Positions 55,559 through 64,000 of a stretch of DNA of 64,000 bases are shown piece after piece. Positions within the stretch are counted from its first letter, which is position 1. Each line of letters begins with the position of its first letter. The stretch is from an uncultured Phycisphaeraceae bacterium (GTDB lineage: Bacteria; Planctomycetota; Phycisphaerae; Phycisphaerales; Zrk34), in contig CALOAZ010000099.1 of the NCBI GenBank assembly GCA_942491355.1, positions 26,233 through 90,232 on the forward strand. Reading direction: 5' to 3'. The translations under genes were made by a program, and so were the position numbers. Below the pieces are notes generated by a model. It was given only the letters and a program-made list of their open reading frames with translations, was not told the origin of the DNA and did not search any database.

Positions 55559-57022
55559 TTAGCGCGGGAGCGTCAACACAAGGAACCGATTCTGACCATC
55601 CTGGCGCACACGCAAGCGAATCGAATCACCCGGCCCCATCGTGGCCAGAACCTTGTTCAGATCTTCCAGGCGTTCGAGTGTGATCTCGCCCGCCCGCGTG
55701 ATCAACGTGCCTGGCGCGAGACCCGCTTCATCCACCGCGCTGCCCGGACGCACCGCCGTCACCAGCACGCCCGGAGCCTGCGGCAGACGAAAACGCTGCG
55801 CAACCTGAGGGTTCATCGTCTCCAAGCCGATCAGGCCCAGGCGATCGGCAGCCTGATCGATCGAGACCGATGATTCCGGCTCATCGCGCGGCACAGCCTG
55901 AGCCACAGGGCCTTCGGGCAGTCGCGCCAATCGAACGGTCTTTTGAAGTGTTTCACCAGCACGGAATACGGTGACACTCACATCCTGATCCGGTGACAGC
56001 GATGCCACCACTCGACGCAAATCCGCCGCCGAGCGAATCACCTGACCTTCGAGATGTGTGATGATGTCGCCCGACTGGATCCCGGCCTGTTCTGCCGGAC
56101 CCGCCTGACCCACCAGATCCTCGACGAGTACGCCGTCGCCTTCAAAGGCAAAACTGCGCGCCAGCGCCGGATCCAAGTCCTTGATCCAAACCCCCAGATA
56201 GCCGCGCCGCACTTCACCGCGCTCGATGAGCTGATCGGCGACATTCCGAATCATCTCGACGGGAATGGTGAACGCCATGCCATTGAAGCCGCCAGTCGTG
56301 GTGGGGATCGCCGTATTCATGCCCACGATCTGTCCGCGAATGTTGGTCAGCGGGCCACCGGAGTTTCCGGGGTTCACCGAGGCATCGGTCTGAATGAAAT
56401 TCTCGTAGCCACGCCGACGGGCAAGAATGCCGATGCGTCGCCCTTTGCCCATCACGATGCCCTGGCTCATCGAAAACTCGAACTGAAACGGCGAACCGAA
56501 GGCAAATACGATTTCGCCTTTCTCCACCGGTTGCGGCGCGAGTACGGAAGGGTGCAGCGGACCACCATCGCTCCGCAAGACTGCGATATCGGTTTTCGGG
56601 TCGGCACCGAGCAACACGGCGGCTCGCGTGCTGCGATCGTAAAACTTCAACCGAATGGTCTTCGCATTTTCAACCACATGGTGGTTGGTGATGACATACA
56701 GGCGCCCGCTCTCATGCGCATACACCCAGCCGCTGCCATTGCCTTCGGCCTCGTTGGGCATGAAACCGCCGGGATCGACCGTGCCGGTCGAGCGCACCAC
56801 TTCGATATGCACCACGCTGGGTTCCACCACGCGTGCCACATCACGAAAGGCTGCATTCAATTCATCGAGGTGGCCGGTGTTCAATTCGGCGCGCACGCGC
56901 TGGATGCGCGCATCGGCCTCGACCCAAGCCAGGCGCCGCATCACCGAAGGGCCGCCCAACAACACCGCCAGTGCGGTCACCGCGAGAATGATCGAAGGTC
57001 CGTAAGCGCGGGACACCGGCAT
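55559..57022 (-). CDS. htrA: HtrA/DegP-family periplasmic serine protease with two PDZ domains
   Basis: Catalytic triad contexts 'VITNHHVV', 'DIAVLR' and 'GNSGGPL'. Two PDZ-like segments ('GYLGVWIKDL..', 'GVLVTAVRPGSAVDEAGL'). Confidence 0.92.
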   Translation of the reverse strand: MPVSRAYGPSIILAVTALAVLLGGPSVMRRLAWVEADARIQRVRAELNTGHLDELNAAFRDVARVVEPSVVHIEVVRSTGTVDPGGFMPNEAEGNGSGWVYAHESGRLYVITNHHVVENAKTIRLKFYDRSTRAAVLLGADPKTDIAVLRSDGGPLHPSVLAPQPVEKGEIVFAFGSPFQFEFSMSQGIVMGKGRRIGILARRRGYENFIQTDASVNPGNSGGPLTNIRGQIVGMNTAIPTTTGGFNGMAFTIPVEMIRNVADQLIERGEVRRGYLGVWIKDLDPALARSFAFEGDGVLVEDLVGQAGPAEQAGIQSGDIITHLEGQVIRSAADLRRVVASLSPDQDVSVTVFRAGETLQKTVRLARLPEGPVAQAVPRDEPESSVSIDQAADRLGLIGLETMNPQVAQRFRLPQAPGVLVTAVRPGSAVDEAGLAPGTLITRAGEITLERLEDLNKVLATMGPGDSIRLRVRQDGQNRFLVLTLPR

Positions 57023-57047
57023 CGAAAACTCTGTAAAAAAAGGAAAA

Positions 57048-57887
57048 TCAGCGTTTCAAACGCTGCTGTTCGGATTCATTCATGCGATAGACCTGATCCC
57101 CGCAGGGATAGCGACCGTCCTGCACGCGCGCTGCCCAATCCGAGGCTGCGCCCTGAATTGCGGCGCCGATTGACGCCAGCGGTGGGGCAAACGGCGGCTG
57201 CCAGTCGGTCATGCCGAGCAGATCGTGCGTGACCACCACATGGCCATGGCAGGCGGGGCCTGCGCCGCAACCGAAGACCGGCAGAGCGGTGCGCTCCACC
57301 ACTTCGCGCGCCACTTGTTCGGTGGTGGCTTCGAGCAACAACATGACGGCGCCGCGTTGTTCCATCTCGATCGCGGCATTCACAATCGCTTGCGCATCAT
57401 CGGCGGTGCGACCGGCGGCTTTGTATCCGCCCACGCGCCGCGCCTGCTGCGGCCGCGCGCCAAGATGCGCGACCACCGGTATGCCGGCATGCGCCAATTT
57501 GCCCACCAGCGCCGCATCTTCGAGATCCACTTCGAGCTTCACGGCATCGGCGAGACCGTCGGTCAGAAATCGTCCGGCATTGCGAATCGCTTCGGCGTGG
57601 TCTGCCTGGTAACTCATGAAAGGCATGTCGCCCATCACGAAACAGCGCGGTACGGCGCGTTTCACTGCCGCAGTGATGAGGATCATGTAATCGAGCGGCG
57701 CGAAGATCGTCTGCGCATGCCCCAGCATCATTTCGGCTGCGGTATCACCCACCAGCAAAACATCGACGCCACCGCGCTCCAGCCAGCTCGCCATGGTGGC
57801 GTCGTAGCAGGTGAGCATGGGGATCTTCTGACCGTCGCGCACACGGCGTTTCAACGTGGTCAATGTGATGGATTTGGCTTCGGACAT
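57048..57887 (-). CDS. panB: 3-methyl-2-oxobutanoate hydroxymethyltransferase
   Basis: 'IPMLTCYDATMASWLERGGVDVLLVGDTAAEMMLGH', 'GDMPFMSYQ', 'VKLEV', 'IPVVAHLGARPQ'. Start at the ATG 57887 ('MSEAKSITL'). Confidence 0.92.
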   Translation of the reverse strand: MSEAKSITLTTLKRRVRDGQKIPMLTCYDATMASWLERGGVDVLLVGDTAAEMMLGHAQTIFAPLDYMILITAAVKRAVPRCFVMGDMPFMSYQADHAEAIRNAGRFLTDGLADAVKLEVDLEDAALVGKLAHAGIPVVAHLGARPQQARRVGGYKAAGRTADDAQAIVNAAIEMEQRGAVMLLLEATTEQVAREVVERTALPVFGCGAGPACHGHVVVTHDLLGMTDWQPPFAPPLASIGAAIQGAASDWAARVQDGRYPCGDQVYRMNESEQQRLKR

Positions 57888-58129
57888 CGCGCCGCATTGT
57901 AGCGGGGGTGTCGGGGTCGCCCATCCGGCCACCCGCTCGCGCAAAAAGTGCGCGGCGCAATCACTCCAAACACTACAGACCGAACACCAACTCACATTCG
58001 TCGGCACAGACCTCCGAAAAACATCAAAAAACATTGAAGAAAATGGGGCATCATGTTGACCGGTGGGGAAAAGTGGGATAAATTCCCACAACGTTACTCA
58101 GGAGCAAGGAGGCTCAGGGGATCCATGCC

Positions 58130-58594
58130 TTGCTGTTCGTCGGAACATACGAGCACACCATCGACGCCAAACAGCGTCTGGCCATCCCGTCCGATATCCG
58201 GGACCGGCTCGCATCTTCAGACGAAGGGGACGCGCTTTACGCCGTCCTGCAAGAAGGCGCCACACTCTGCCTCTACACCGAACGCGGTTTCGAGAAGCGG
58301 GCAGAGCAACTGGATGACTCCGAACGCGATGCCGAAGAACTGCTGCTCTACGAACAAATGTTCTACTCGCTGGCACAGCGCGTAGAGATCGACAAACAAG
58401 GCCGCGTGCGTCTGCCCGAAAGGGTGGTGGAGATGGCCGGCCTCGGGAAGGAAGTGGTCGTACTCGGTGTGAAGGATCACCTCGAAGTCCACGACCGAAC
58501 CACCTGGCGGGAGAAAATGGATCGATTTCTGGCTGAACGCAAAGACCTGCTGCAGAACCCGCGGCGGATCATGAAAGCCGGCAAGACATCCTGA
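58130..58594 (+). CDS. mraZ: Transcriptional regulator MraZ
   Basis: 'MLFVGTYEHTIDAKQRLAIPSDIR' and a second SpoVT/AbrB-like half 'VEIDKQGRVRLPERVVEMAGL'. Confidence 0.9.
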   Translation: MLFVGTYEHTIDAKQRLAIPSDIRDRLASSDEGDALYAVLQEGATLCLYTERGFEKRAEQLDDSERDAEELLLYEQMFYSLAQRVEIDKQGRVRLPERVVEMAGLGKEVVVLGVKDHLEVHDRTTWREKMDRFLAERKDLLQNPRRIMKAGKTS

Positions 58595-58598
58595 GCGA

Positions 58599-58895
58599 GT
58601 GATGGTGAGAAACATTCAGAAAAATGACGGCGCAGTGGCGAAGGCAGCAGGGATGCGCCAGCCGTCCGAGAGCATCGATGCACGCATACAGCCTGACGTA
58701 CCGCTCATGGATGAGCAGACCAAAGGCTGGCAGCCAGGCCGGATCAGCGATCGGAAGCTCATTGAGCTTGCGAACCGGTTGGAAGCGATTCGAACTCTCG
58801 GCGGCGCCTTCGCCCATGTCGCCCTGTCGGATGAGGCCCAACAGCGCCTCGTTCAAATCGAGGAGAACACGTTCAGAGAGGGGCGCACGCCATAA
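58599..58895 (+). CDS. Hypothetical protein downstream of mraZ (not RsmH)
   Basis: 98-codon ORF starting 5 nt after the mraZ stop, followed by a terminator. No recognised domain. Confidence 0.45.
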   Translation: MMVRNIQKNDGAVAKAAGMRQPSESIDARIQPDVPLMDEQTKGWQPGRISDRKLIELANRLEAIRTLGGAFAHVALSDEAQQRLVQIEENTFREGRTP

Positions 58896-58953
58896 CCGAA
58901 CTTCGCCGGTTGCCTTCGGGTGATCGGCACGCCGCTCTCATTCTCCTCCTCCG

Positions 58954-58991
58954 CCCTGTTTCAGAAACCCTCCTCTGGAACAGGGTTTTTT
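58954..58991 (+). terminator. Rho-independent terminator after the mraZ unit
   Basis: Stem CCCTGTTTCAG / CTGGAACAGGG (11 bp including one G-U), a 10-nt loop and a T6 run (58986-58991). Confidence 0.8.
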
Positions 58992-59013
58992 CGTGAACTT
59001 GTCGATCAGGCTT

Positions 59014-59180
59014 CTAGGTTCTGTCTGACGGCTCTCGCGTCGGCCTAAGATCGTCGTGGTTTTGGCGTGGCAAGGCCGATCGAAGCAGCCATATTCACAG
59101 CGATATGGCGATGCAGATCGACGCCGTCACGGCAAATCCACGACGATCGACGCTAGCGAGAGCCGTCAGACAGAACTTAG
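59014..59180. repeat. Long imperfect inverted repeat (about 167-nt hairpin) in a convergent intergenic region, overlapping the gluQ stop
   Basis: Outer arms CTAGGTTCTGTCTGACGGCTCTCGC (59014-59038) and GCGAGAGCCGTCAGACAGAACTTAG (59156-59180) match 24 of 25. Inner arms GATCGTCGTGG (59049-59059) and CCACGACGATC (59138-59148) are perfect. Confidence 0.85.
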
Positions 59181-60158
59181 CCAATTCGTGTCTTCGGCCG
59201 TCACCGTGATGGGATGACGCGGCAATCGCTCCAGATCGAACTGTTTCAGAAATTGCGCTGCGGTCATCGCCGTGCGCTGCGCGGTCAAGCCGCAACTGTG
59301 CGCCACCCATCCGATGACGCGCTGCGCCGTCACGCCTTGATCGCGGTAAGACGACACGCGCGTATCACCGTGACGTTTGGCGAGGCGTTTTCCATCGGCG
59401 CCGAGCACCAGCGGTAGATGCCAATAGCGTGGCGGCGTTCCCAAATTCAACAGGCGATACAAAAGCAGTTGGCGCGCCGTCGCATCGCAAAGATCATCGC
59501 CGCGCACCACATCGGTGATGCCCTGACGCGCATCATCGATCACCACCGCCAGTTGATACGCGGGAAGTCCCGCTTTGGTCGCCACCACGAAATCCCCCAC
59601 GGTTTGCTGCACATTCACGGCGCGAGCGCCGAGAAGTTGATCATGGAACGAGACGGGTTCATCGGGCGCGCGCACGCGCCATGCATGCGAAATCGGCTCG
59701 CCGATCAATGACAGCGGCGCGTCAATCTGCGCGCCTTCCTCCGGAAGGCAAGTGCCGGGGTAACGCGTTTCATGATCGTCGGCATGCGGCGCAGAAAGCG
59801 CCTGTTCAATTTCACGGCGCGTGCAATGGCAAGGGTAAATCTGTTGGCTTGTGCGCAGTTGTTCGAGCGCAGCACAATACGGCGCGAGGTCGGCAAGCTG
59901 CGTCACCGGACCTTCATCCCAATCGAGACCAAGCCATGTGAGATCTTCGAGGGCGGCGCGATCCGCGCCGGCTTTTACGCGCGGTGTATCCAGATCTTCG
60001 ATACGCAGGATGATGCGCCAACCGTTCTGCCGAGCCATCGCCCAGTTGATCAGGAATGTGCGCGCATTGCCCAGATGCAGCGCTCCGGTGGGTGAAGGCG
60101 CCAGCCGGGTGATCCGCTTTTGGGCGTCAAATCGGTTTTCTAGCGAATGGGGACACAT
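59166..60158 (-). CDS. gluQ: Glutamyl-Q tRNA(Asp) synthetase (truncated GluRS paralog)
   Basis: 'TRLAPSPTGALHLGNARTFLINW' (HIGH region) and 'RIEDLDTPR', with no anticodon-binding domain. Start at the internal ATG 60158. Confidence 0.85.
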   Translation of the reverse strand: MCPHSLENRFDAQKRITRLAPSPTGALHLGNARTFLINWAMARQNGWRIILRIEDLDTPRVKAGADRAALEDLTWLGLDWDEGPVTQLADLAPYCAALEQLRTSQQIYPCHCTRREIEQALSAPHADDHETRYPGTCLPEEGAQIDAPLSLIGEPISHAWRVRAPDEPVSFHDQLLGARAVNVQQTVGDFVVATKAGLPAYQLAVVIDDARQGITDVVRGDDLCDATARQLLLYRLLNLGTPPRYWHLPLVLGADGKRLAKRHGDTRVSSYRDQGVTAQRVIGWVAHSCGLTAQRTAMTAAQFLKQFDLERLPRHPITVTAEDTNWLSSV

Positions 60159-60262
60159 TGTGGATAACGGGCCGCCGGGTTGCAGATGACATCGTAAACC
60201 GTATGGGCGTAGAGAGCTGCGCGCCAAAGCTATCGGACCTTATCCGCCGGCGACCCGGTATA

Positions 60263-60979
60263 TCACGGTTTTCGCGACGCTTCGATCAAGGCGGCAACCA
60301 CGCCATCGCCCAGGTTGGGGTCGGAGGTGTGTTCCGGATGCCATTGCACGCCAAGCCAAAAACGCGGGCCGGGCCGGTCGACCGCTTCGATCACCGAGCC
60401 GCTGGCGGGGTCGCTTCGGGCAATCACACGCAGCGCCCCGGCGTCGGCCACGGCTTGATGATGTCGCGAATGCACGACACCACCAGCACTTAGAACCGGA
60501 TGAGACTCAACCATGCGCACGATGGCATGCGCGCCACTGCAGTGATGCTCTGCGCAATCAGGCCCGATTGATTCGGCCACCGGCAGATGTTGATCCAAAC
60601 GACCGCCGGCATGCAGCGCCAACCACTGCATGCCCAGACACACGCCCAAAACTGGGTGATCGGTGGATTCAAGCGCCGCCAGCAAAGCGAGTTCGTAGTT
60701 CTGACGTTCGGGGCGCACGAGCTTCGCTTCAGAATGAACCGGTGCGCCGAAAGCCGTGGTGTCCGGATCATTGCCGCCTGAAATCAGAATGCCGTCGCAG
60801 ACGCGCAAATGATCCGCGATCCGATCGATGGCATAAGGCAGCAGCAGGGGGGTCCCGCCCACGCGATCGACCGTGCTCGCGTATTCGGCGGGGGATTCGT
60901 ACCGAAAATCGCGGCGGCGCTGATCCGATTCATTCGGCGCAGCCGTATCGCAGGTGATCCCGATGACAGGCCGCGTCAT
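60263..60979 (-). CDS. Class I glutamine amidotransferase, peptidase C26 / PuuD-like gamma-glutamyl hydrolase
   Basis: 'ISGGNDPD', nucleophile 'GVCLGMQWL' and 'GVQWHPE'. ATGA overlap with lipA. Confidence 0.8.
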   Translation of the reverse strand: MTRPVIGITCDTAAPNESDQRRRDFRYESPAEYASTVDRVGGTPLLLPYAIDRIADHLRVCDGILISGGNDPDTTAFGAPVHSEAKLVRPERQNYELALLAALESTDHPVLGVCLGMQWLALHAGGRLDQHLPVAESIGPDCAEHHCSGAHAIVRMVESHPVLSAGGVVHSRHHQAVADAGALRVIARSDPASGSVIEAVDRPGPRFWLGVQWHPEHTSDPNLGDGVVAALIEASRKP

Positions 60980-62019
60980 GATCCGGTCTCATTGGCCTTC
61001 AGATGGTCGTGTGCCAGAGCCGCCTGTTGATCGGCGTGATAGGAGCTGCGCACCATCGGGCCCGACTCCACATGCAGCAGTCCGAGAGATTCGCCGGTGA
61101 TTTTGTACTGCGCAAAGACATCCGGATGGACAAACCGTTGCACCGGCAGATGATCCGGCGACGGCTGCAGATACTGGCCGATCGAAAGGATGTCGCACGG
61201 TCCGTGTTCCGTCGCGGTCTTCTCAACCAGATCGCGCATCAGCGTCGTGATTTCGTCATCGGTTTCGCCGATACCGACCATGATTCCGGTTTTCGCCACA
61301 CGACCCTGCGCTTTGACGCGGCGCAGCAGTTCCAAGCTGCGCTCGTACTTGGCCTGCGGGCGCACCGCTGAATACATCCGACGCACCGTCTCCATGTTGT
61401 GAGCAATCACGTCTGGCTTCGCGTCGATGACCTGCTGCAAGGCCTCGGCATCACCCAGAAAATCCGGAATCAACACCTCGATCTGCGTTTTCGGGATCGC
61501 TTCGCGGATCTGGCGGATCGTCTGAGCCCAAACCGAAGCGCCGCCATCAGACAATTCGTCGCGATTCACGGAAGTGATCACCACATAATTCAGATCCATC
61601 AGACGCACGGCCTCGGCCACACGACGCGGTTCGTCCAGATCCAGCTCCGGCGGGCGCCCTGTCGCGATGTGGCAGAAGCCGCATGATCGCGTACAGACAT
61701 CGCCCAGAATCATGACCGTCGCCACGCCTGCCGACCAACATTCGCCCATATTCGGGCAGGACGCCTCCTGGCAGACCGTGTGTAACTGGTGATCATCAAT
61801 CAATTTGCGCAGCTTGAAGTACTTGTCGCCCTGGGGCAGACGCATGCGCAGCCAGCGCGGCTTGCCTCGGCGCACAAAGGCCTCGCCGCTCACGCGGTTG
61901 TTGAGAATCTGGTCGGTGAGCCGAATTCGAGACATGGGTGGAAGACCGTCCAAAGTCGCCCGGATCATAGCGACTGATGATTTTTGGTGCGTTGATGAGG
62001 ATTCTATTTCAGTACTCAT
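60976..62019 (-). CDS. lipA: Lipoyl synthase
   Basis: '[13 protein letters not shown]' auxiliary cluster and the radical-SAM motif '[10 protein letters not shown]'. The true start is possibly an internal ATG (61968). Confidence 0.93.
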   Translation of the reverse strand: MSTEIESSSTHQKSSVAMIRATLDGLPPMSRIRLTDQILNNRVSGEAFVRRGKPRWLRMRLPQGDKYFKLRKLIDDHQLHTVCQEASCPNMGECWSAGVATVMILGDVCTRSCGFCHIATGRPPELDLDEPRRVAEAVRLMDLNYVVITSVNRDELSDGGASVWAQTIRQIREAIPKTQIEVLIPDFLGDAEALQQVIDAKPDVIAHNMETVRRMYSAVRPQAKYERSLELLRRVKAQGRVAKTGIMVGIGETDDEITTLMRDLVEKTATEHGPCDILSIGQYLQPSPDHLPVQRFVHPDVFAQYKITGESLGLLHVESGPMVRSSYHADQQAALAHDHLKANETGS

Positions 62020-62270
62020 GCCGCAACGACCGATAAGTGGCCAATCGGCATATTCGTTTTAGTCCCTCAAGTGGGTGATCTGGTGTGCCGATGGGAAACA
62101 TTGCCCCCCGTTCTCAGTCACGGGAGGGATATCCCGAACAGGGATGACCCCAATGGCCTGCGGGCCGGCAGGGGCCCTTGAATCCGGCGTCGAAGAATCG
62201 ACGGCACAGGACGGCTGGAATCGATGGGAAGAGGGACATCGTGTCGAAAACGCAACGCGAGTCACGAAAT

Positions 62271-63806
62271 ATGATCAAAACAGCGCGCTGGAGCAAAGCG
62301 TTTCACGCCACCGCACTCGGCATGCTGCTGGTGATCGGCTCAGGTTGTGAACTCATGTCCGTCCACCATCGCGATGTGGATTCATTCCTGGATCCGTCGA
62401 TGATCGGCCGGTGGGAAAACACGCCCATCCAGTTGCCCGTGCTGGAAAACCTGGATGTGGTTGAAGATCCCATCGAGGATATTGCCGGCTTGGATACCGT
62501 GCGCAGTGCCGACCTGATCCCCGCGCCCAAGGCCTACCAAATGGCACCGGGCGACCTGATCAGCGTCTCCATTTTTGAACTCATCCGTCCCGGCGCCGAA
62601 ACCAATACCACGCGACGCATCGATGACACCGGCAACATCCGTCTGCCGGTGATCGGTCAGATCCGCGCCGGCGGCCTGACAGACATTGAATTTGAACAGA
62701 AGATTACTGAGGTGCTTCACCCGAACATTCTGCGCGATCCGGTGATCACGGTCACCGTCCTCGAAGGACGCCAGCGCACGTTCAGCGTGATTCTCGGCAA
62801 TTCCTTCAACACCGGTCGCGGCACCGGCACCTATCAGCTGGTGGGCAACATGCGGTTGATCGACGCCCTCGCCATGGCCGGCATCTCGCCGGAAACCGAG
62901 GACGGCACACGCATCCGTGAAAAACTCCACTTGGTTTATGTCATCCGACAGAAGACCCTGCAGGATCTCTCGCAGTTCAGCCCGCAGCCCGCCGCTGAAC
63001 CGGCACGGGCACCCCGTCCCGCCACAGATGGACAACCCGGCACCGGTTCACTGCAAGACCCGGCGCGTCTGATTGAAGATCTGGCCGGAGGCGCACCCGC
63101 AGCGAATCCCAATGCACCGGTCAATCCGCGTGCACTGAATCCTGCCCAGAAGGGCGAAGGTCGCTTTATCAATCTCAACGGCAAGTGGGTCTGGGTCGAA
63201 GGTCCGGGCGCCCAAGGGCAAGTACCCACCGTCGCCGCTGATGCTCCCCGGCCGAACTGGCCGAGCATTCCCGGCACGGAAAACGGCCTTCCCCAGGCTG
63301 AAAAACTTGTCACACAACGCGTGATCGCCATCGAGGGCGAGAAGCTCGCCCAAGGCGATGCCCGCTACAACATTTACATTCGCCCTGGCGACGTGATCCG
63401 CATTCCGCTCACCAAAACAGGCGTGGTATACATCGGTGGGCATATCGCTCGACCCGGCACGTATTCACTGCCGGGCGAAAACAAGATCACGCTCAGCCAA
63501 ATCATCATGAGTGCCGGTGGCCTCGGTCCCGAAGCCATTCCGGAACGCGTGGATCTGCGCCGACGCATTGGTGGAAACCGCGAAGTCGTGCTGCGACTGA
63601 ACATGCGTGCGATTGCCGAAGGTGTTCAGCCGGATATCTATCTCAAGCCGGACGACACCATCAACATCGGCACGAACTTCTGGGCGTCACACATCGCCAC
63701 GTTGAGGCGGTCCTTCCGGTCCTCCTACGGATTCGGCTTCCTGCTCGACAAGAATTTTGCGGACATTGCGTCGAAGACGGGGATATCCCCTGGCAATGGC
63801 AAATAA
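62271..63806 (+). CDS. Polysaccharide export protein (Wza-like: Poly_export + SLBB domains), lipoprotein
   Basis: Lipobox 'VIGSGC'. 'YQMAPGDLISVSIFE...DDTGNIRLPVIGQIRAGGLTDIEFEQKI' (Poly_export) and later 'YIRPGDVIRIP' / 'YLKPDDTINI' (SLBB-type). Confidence 0.85.
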   Translation: MIKTARWSKAFHATALGMLLVIGSGCELMSVHHRDVDSFLDPSMIGRWENTPIQLPVLENLDVVEDPIEDIAGLDTVRSADLIPAPKAYQMAPGDLISVSIFELIRPGAETNTTRRIDDTGNIRLPVIGQIRAGGLTDIEFEQKITEVLHPNILRDPVITVTVLEGRQRTFSVILGNSFNTGRGTGTYQLVGNMRLIDALAMAGISPETEDGTRIREKLHLVYVIRQKTLQDLSQFSPQPAAEPARAPRPATDGQPGTGSLQDPARLIEDLAGGAPAANPNAPVNPRALNPAQKGEGRFINLNGKWVWVEGPGAQGQVPTVAADAPRPNWPSIPGTENGLPQAEKLVTQRVIAIEGEKLAQGDARYNIYIRPGDVIRIPLTKTGVVYIGGHIARPGTYSLPGENKITLSQIIMSAGGLGPEAIPERVDLRRRIGGNREVVLRLNMRAIAEGVQPDIYLKPDDTINIGTNFWASHIATLRRSFRSSYGFGFLLDKNFADIASKTGISPGNGK

Positions 63807-64000
63807 AAAATGCCAGTGTGAATAGGATTGCTAACAAAATCATGATGTTAAACAAATTTTTCATTACATCATTCTCCCGGGACATACTCTTTCAATACCG
63901 CTGTAATGCTTCCCGAACAGGCACTTGGACTTTCATTTTTAAAGGGAATTCGTCTTGCGTCTAAGCCAAAGCCATCCCGTGATTTTGCTTTACAAAAAAT

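Noticed and set aside
63661-63885. 74-aa minus-strand ORF overlapping the 3' end of the Wza-like gene.
   Set aside because: Only the first 25 or so codons, in the AT-rich part, look protein-like. The rest is an Arg/Cys/Ser-rich shadow of the exporter gene. It is reported only as part of the compositional-boundary finding.
1-64000. Search by eye for CRISPR arrays, rRNA, tRNA, integrase/recombinase, reverse transcriptase or phage structural genes.
   Set aside because: I found no regularly spaced direct repeats, no tRNA-like cloverleaf candidates in the intergenic regions inspected, and no such protein signatures in the ORF track. A tRNAscan/Infernal run would be needed to exclude small RNAs rigorously.

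Overview
High-GC bacterial chromosomal segment. Gene content points to Planctomycetota: a PSCyt/DUF1592-type cytochrome-c protein paired with a DUF1552 protein, HTH-receiver regulators and many secreted repeat or TPR-like hypotheticals. This placement is inference only. Most of the window is housekeeping: recJ, prfA, rpmE2, trpD, argG, pepF, an atpZ-I-B-E-F-H-A operon, apgM, two galM paralogs, hom, gltA, htrA, panB, mraZ, gluQ and lipA, plus a Wza-like exporter. Three stretches are visibly AT-rich by eye and look accessory. (1) 5.4-8.1 kb holds a broken Fic gene, an IS1595-family transposase and a ferritin-like gene, next to a 5-kb zone of decayed efflux and glycosyltransferase genes. (2) 52.03-52.72 kb is a single Cys-rich orphan ORF bracketed by a 16-bp perfect (about 23-bp imperfect) inverted repeat, resembling a transposase-less mobile insertion cassette. 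(3) The last about 200 bp of the window. Other points worth follow-up: tandem paralogous atypical kinase-like genes (45.4-48.1 kb); a miniaturised TruD-like ORF whose catalytic Asp position reads Glu; an F-ATPase operon that terminates after atpA and has a signal-peptide-bearing c subunit; and a 167-nt long hairpin in a convergent intergenic region. Caveat: five conserved genes (RND pump, prfA, a CNNM transporter, pepF, gltA) each show a single reading-frame break. This argues for indel errors in the assembly, so every pseudogene call here needs read-level confirmation. I found no rRNA, tRNA or CRISPR array by eye.
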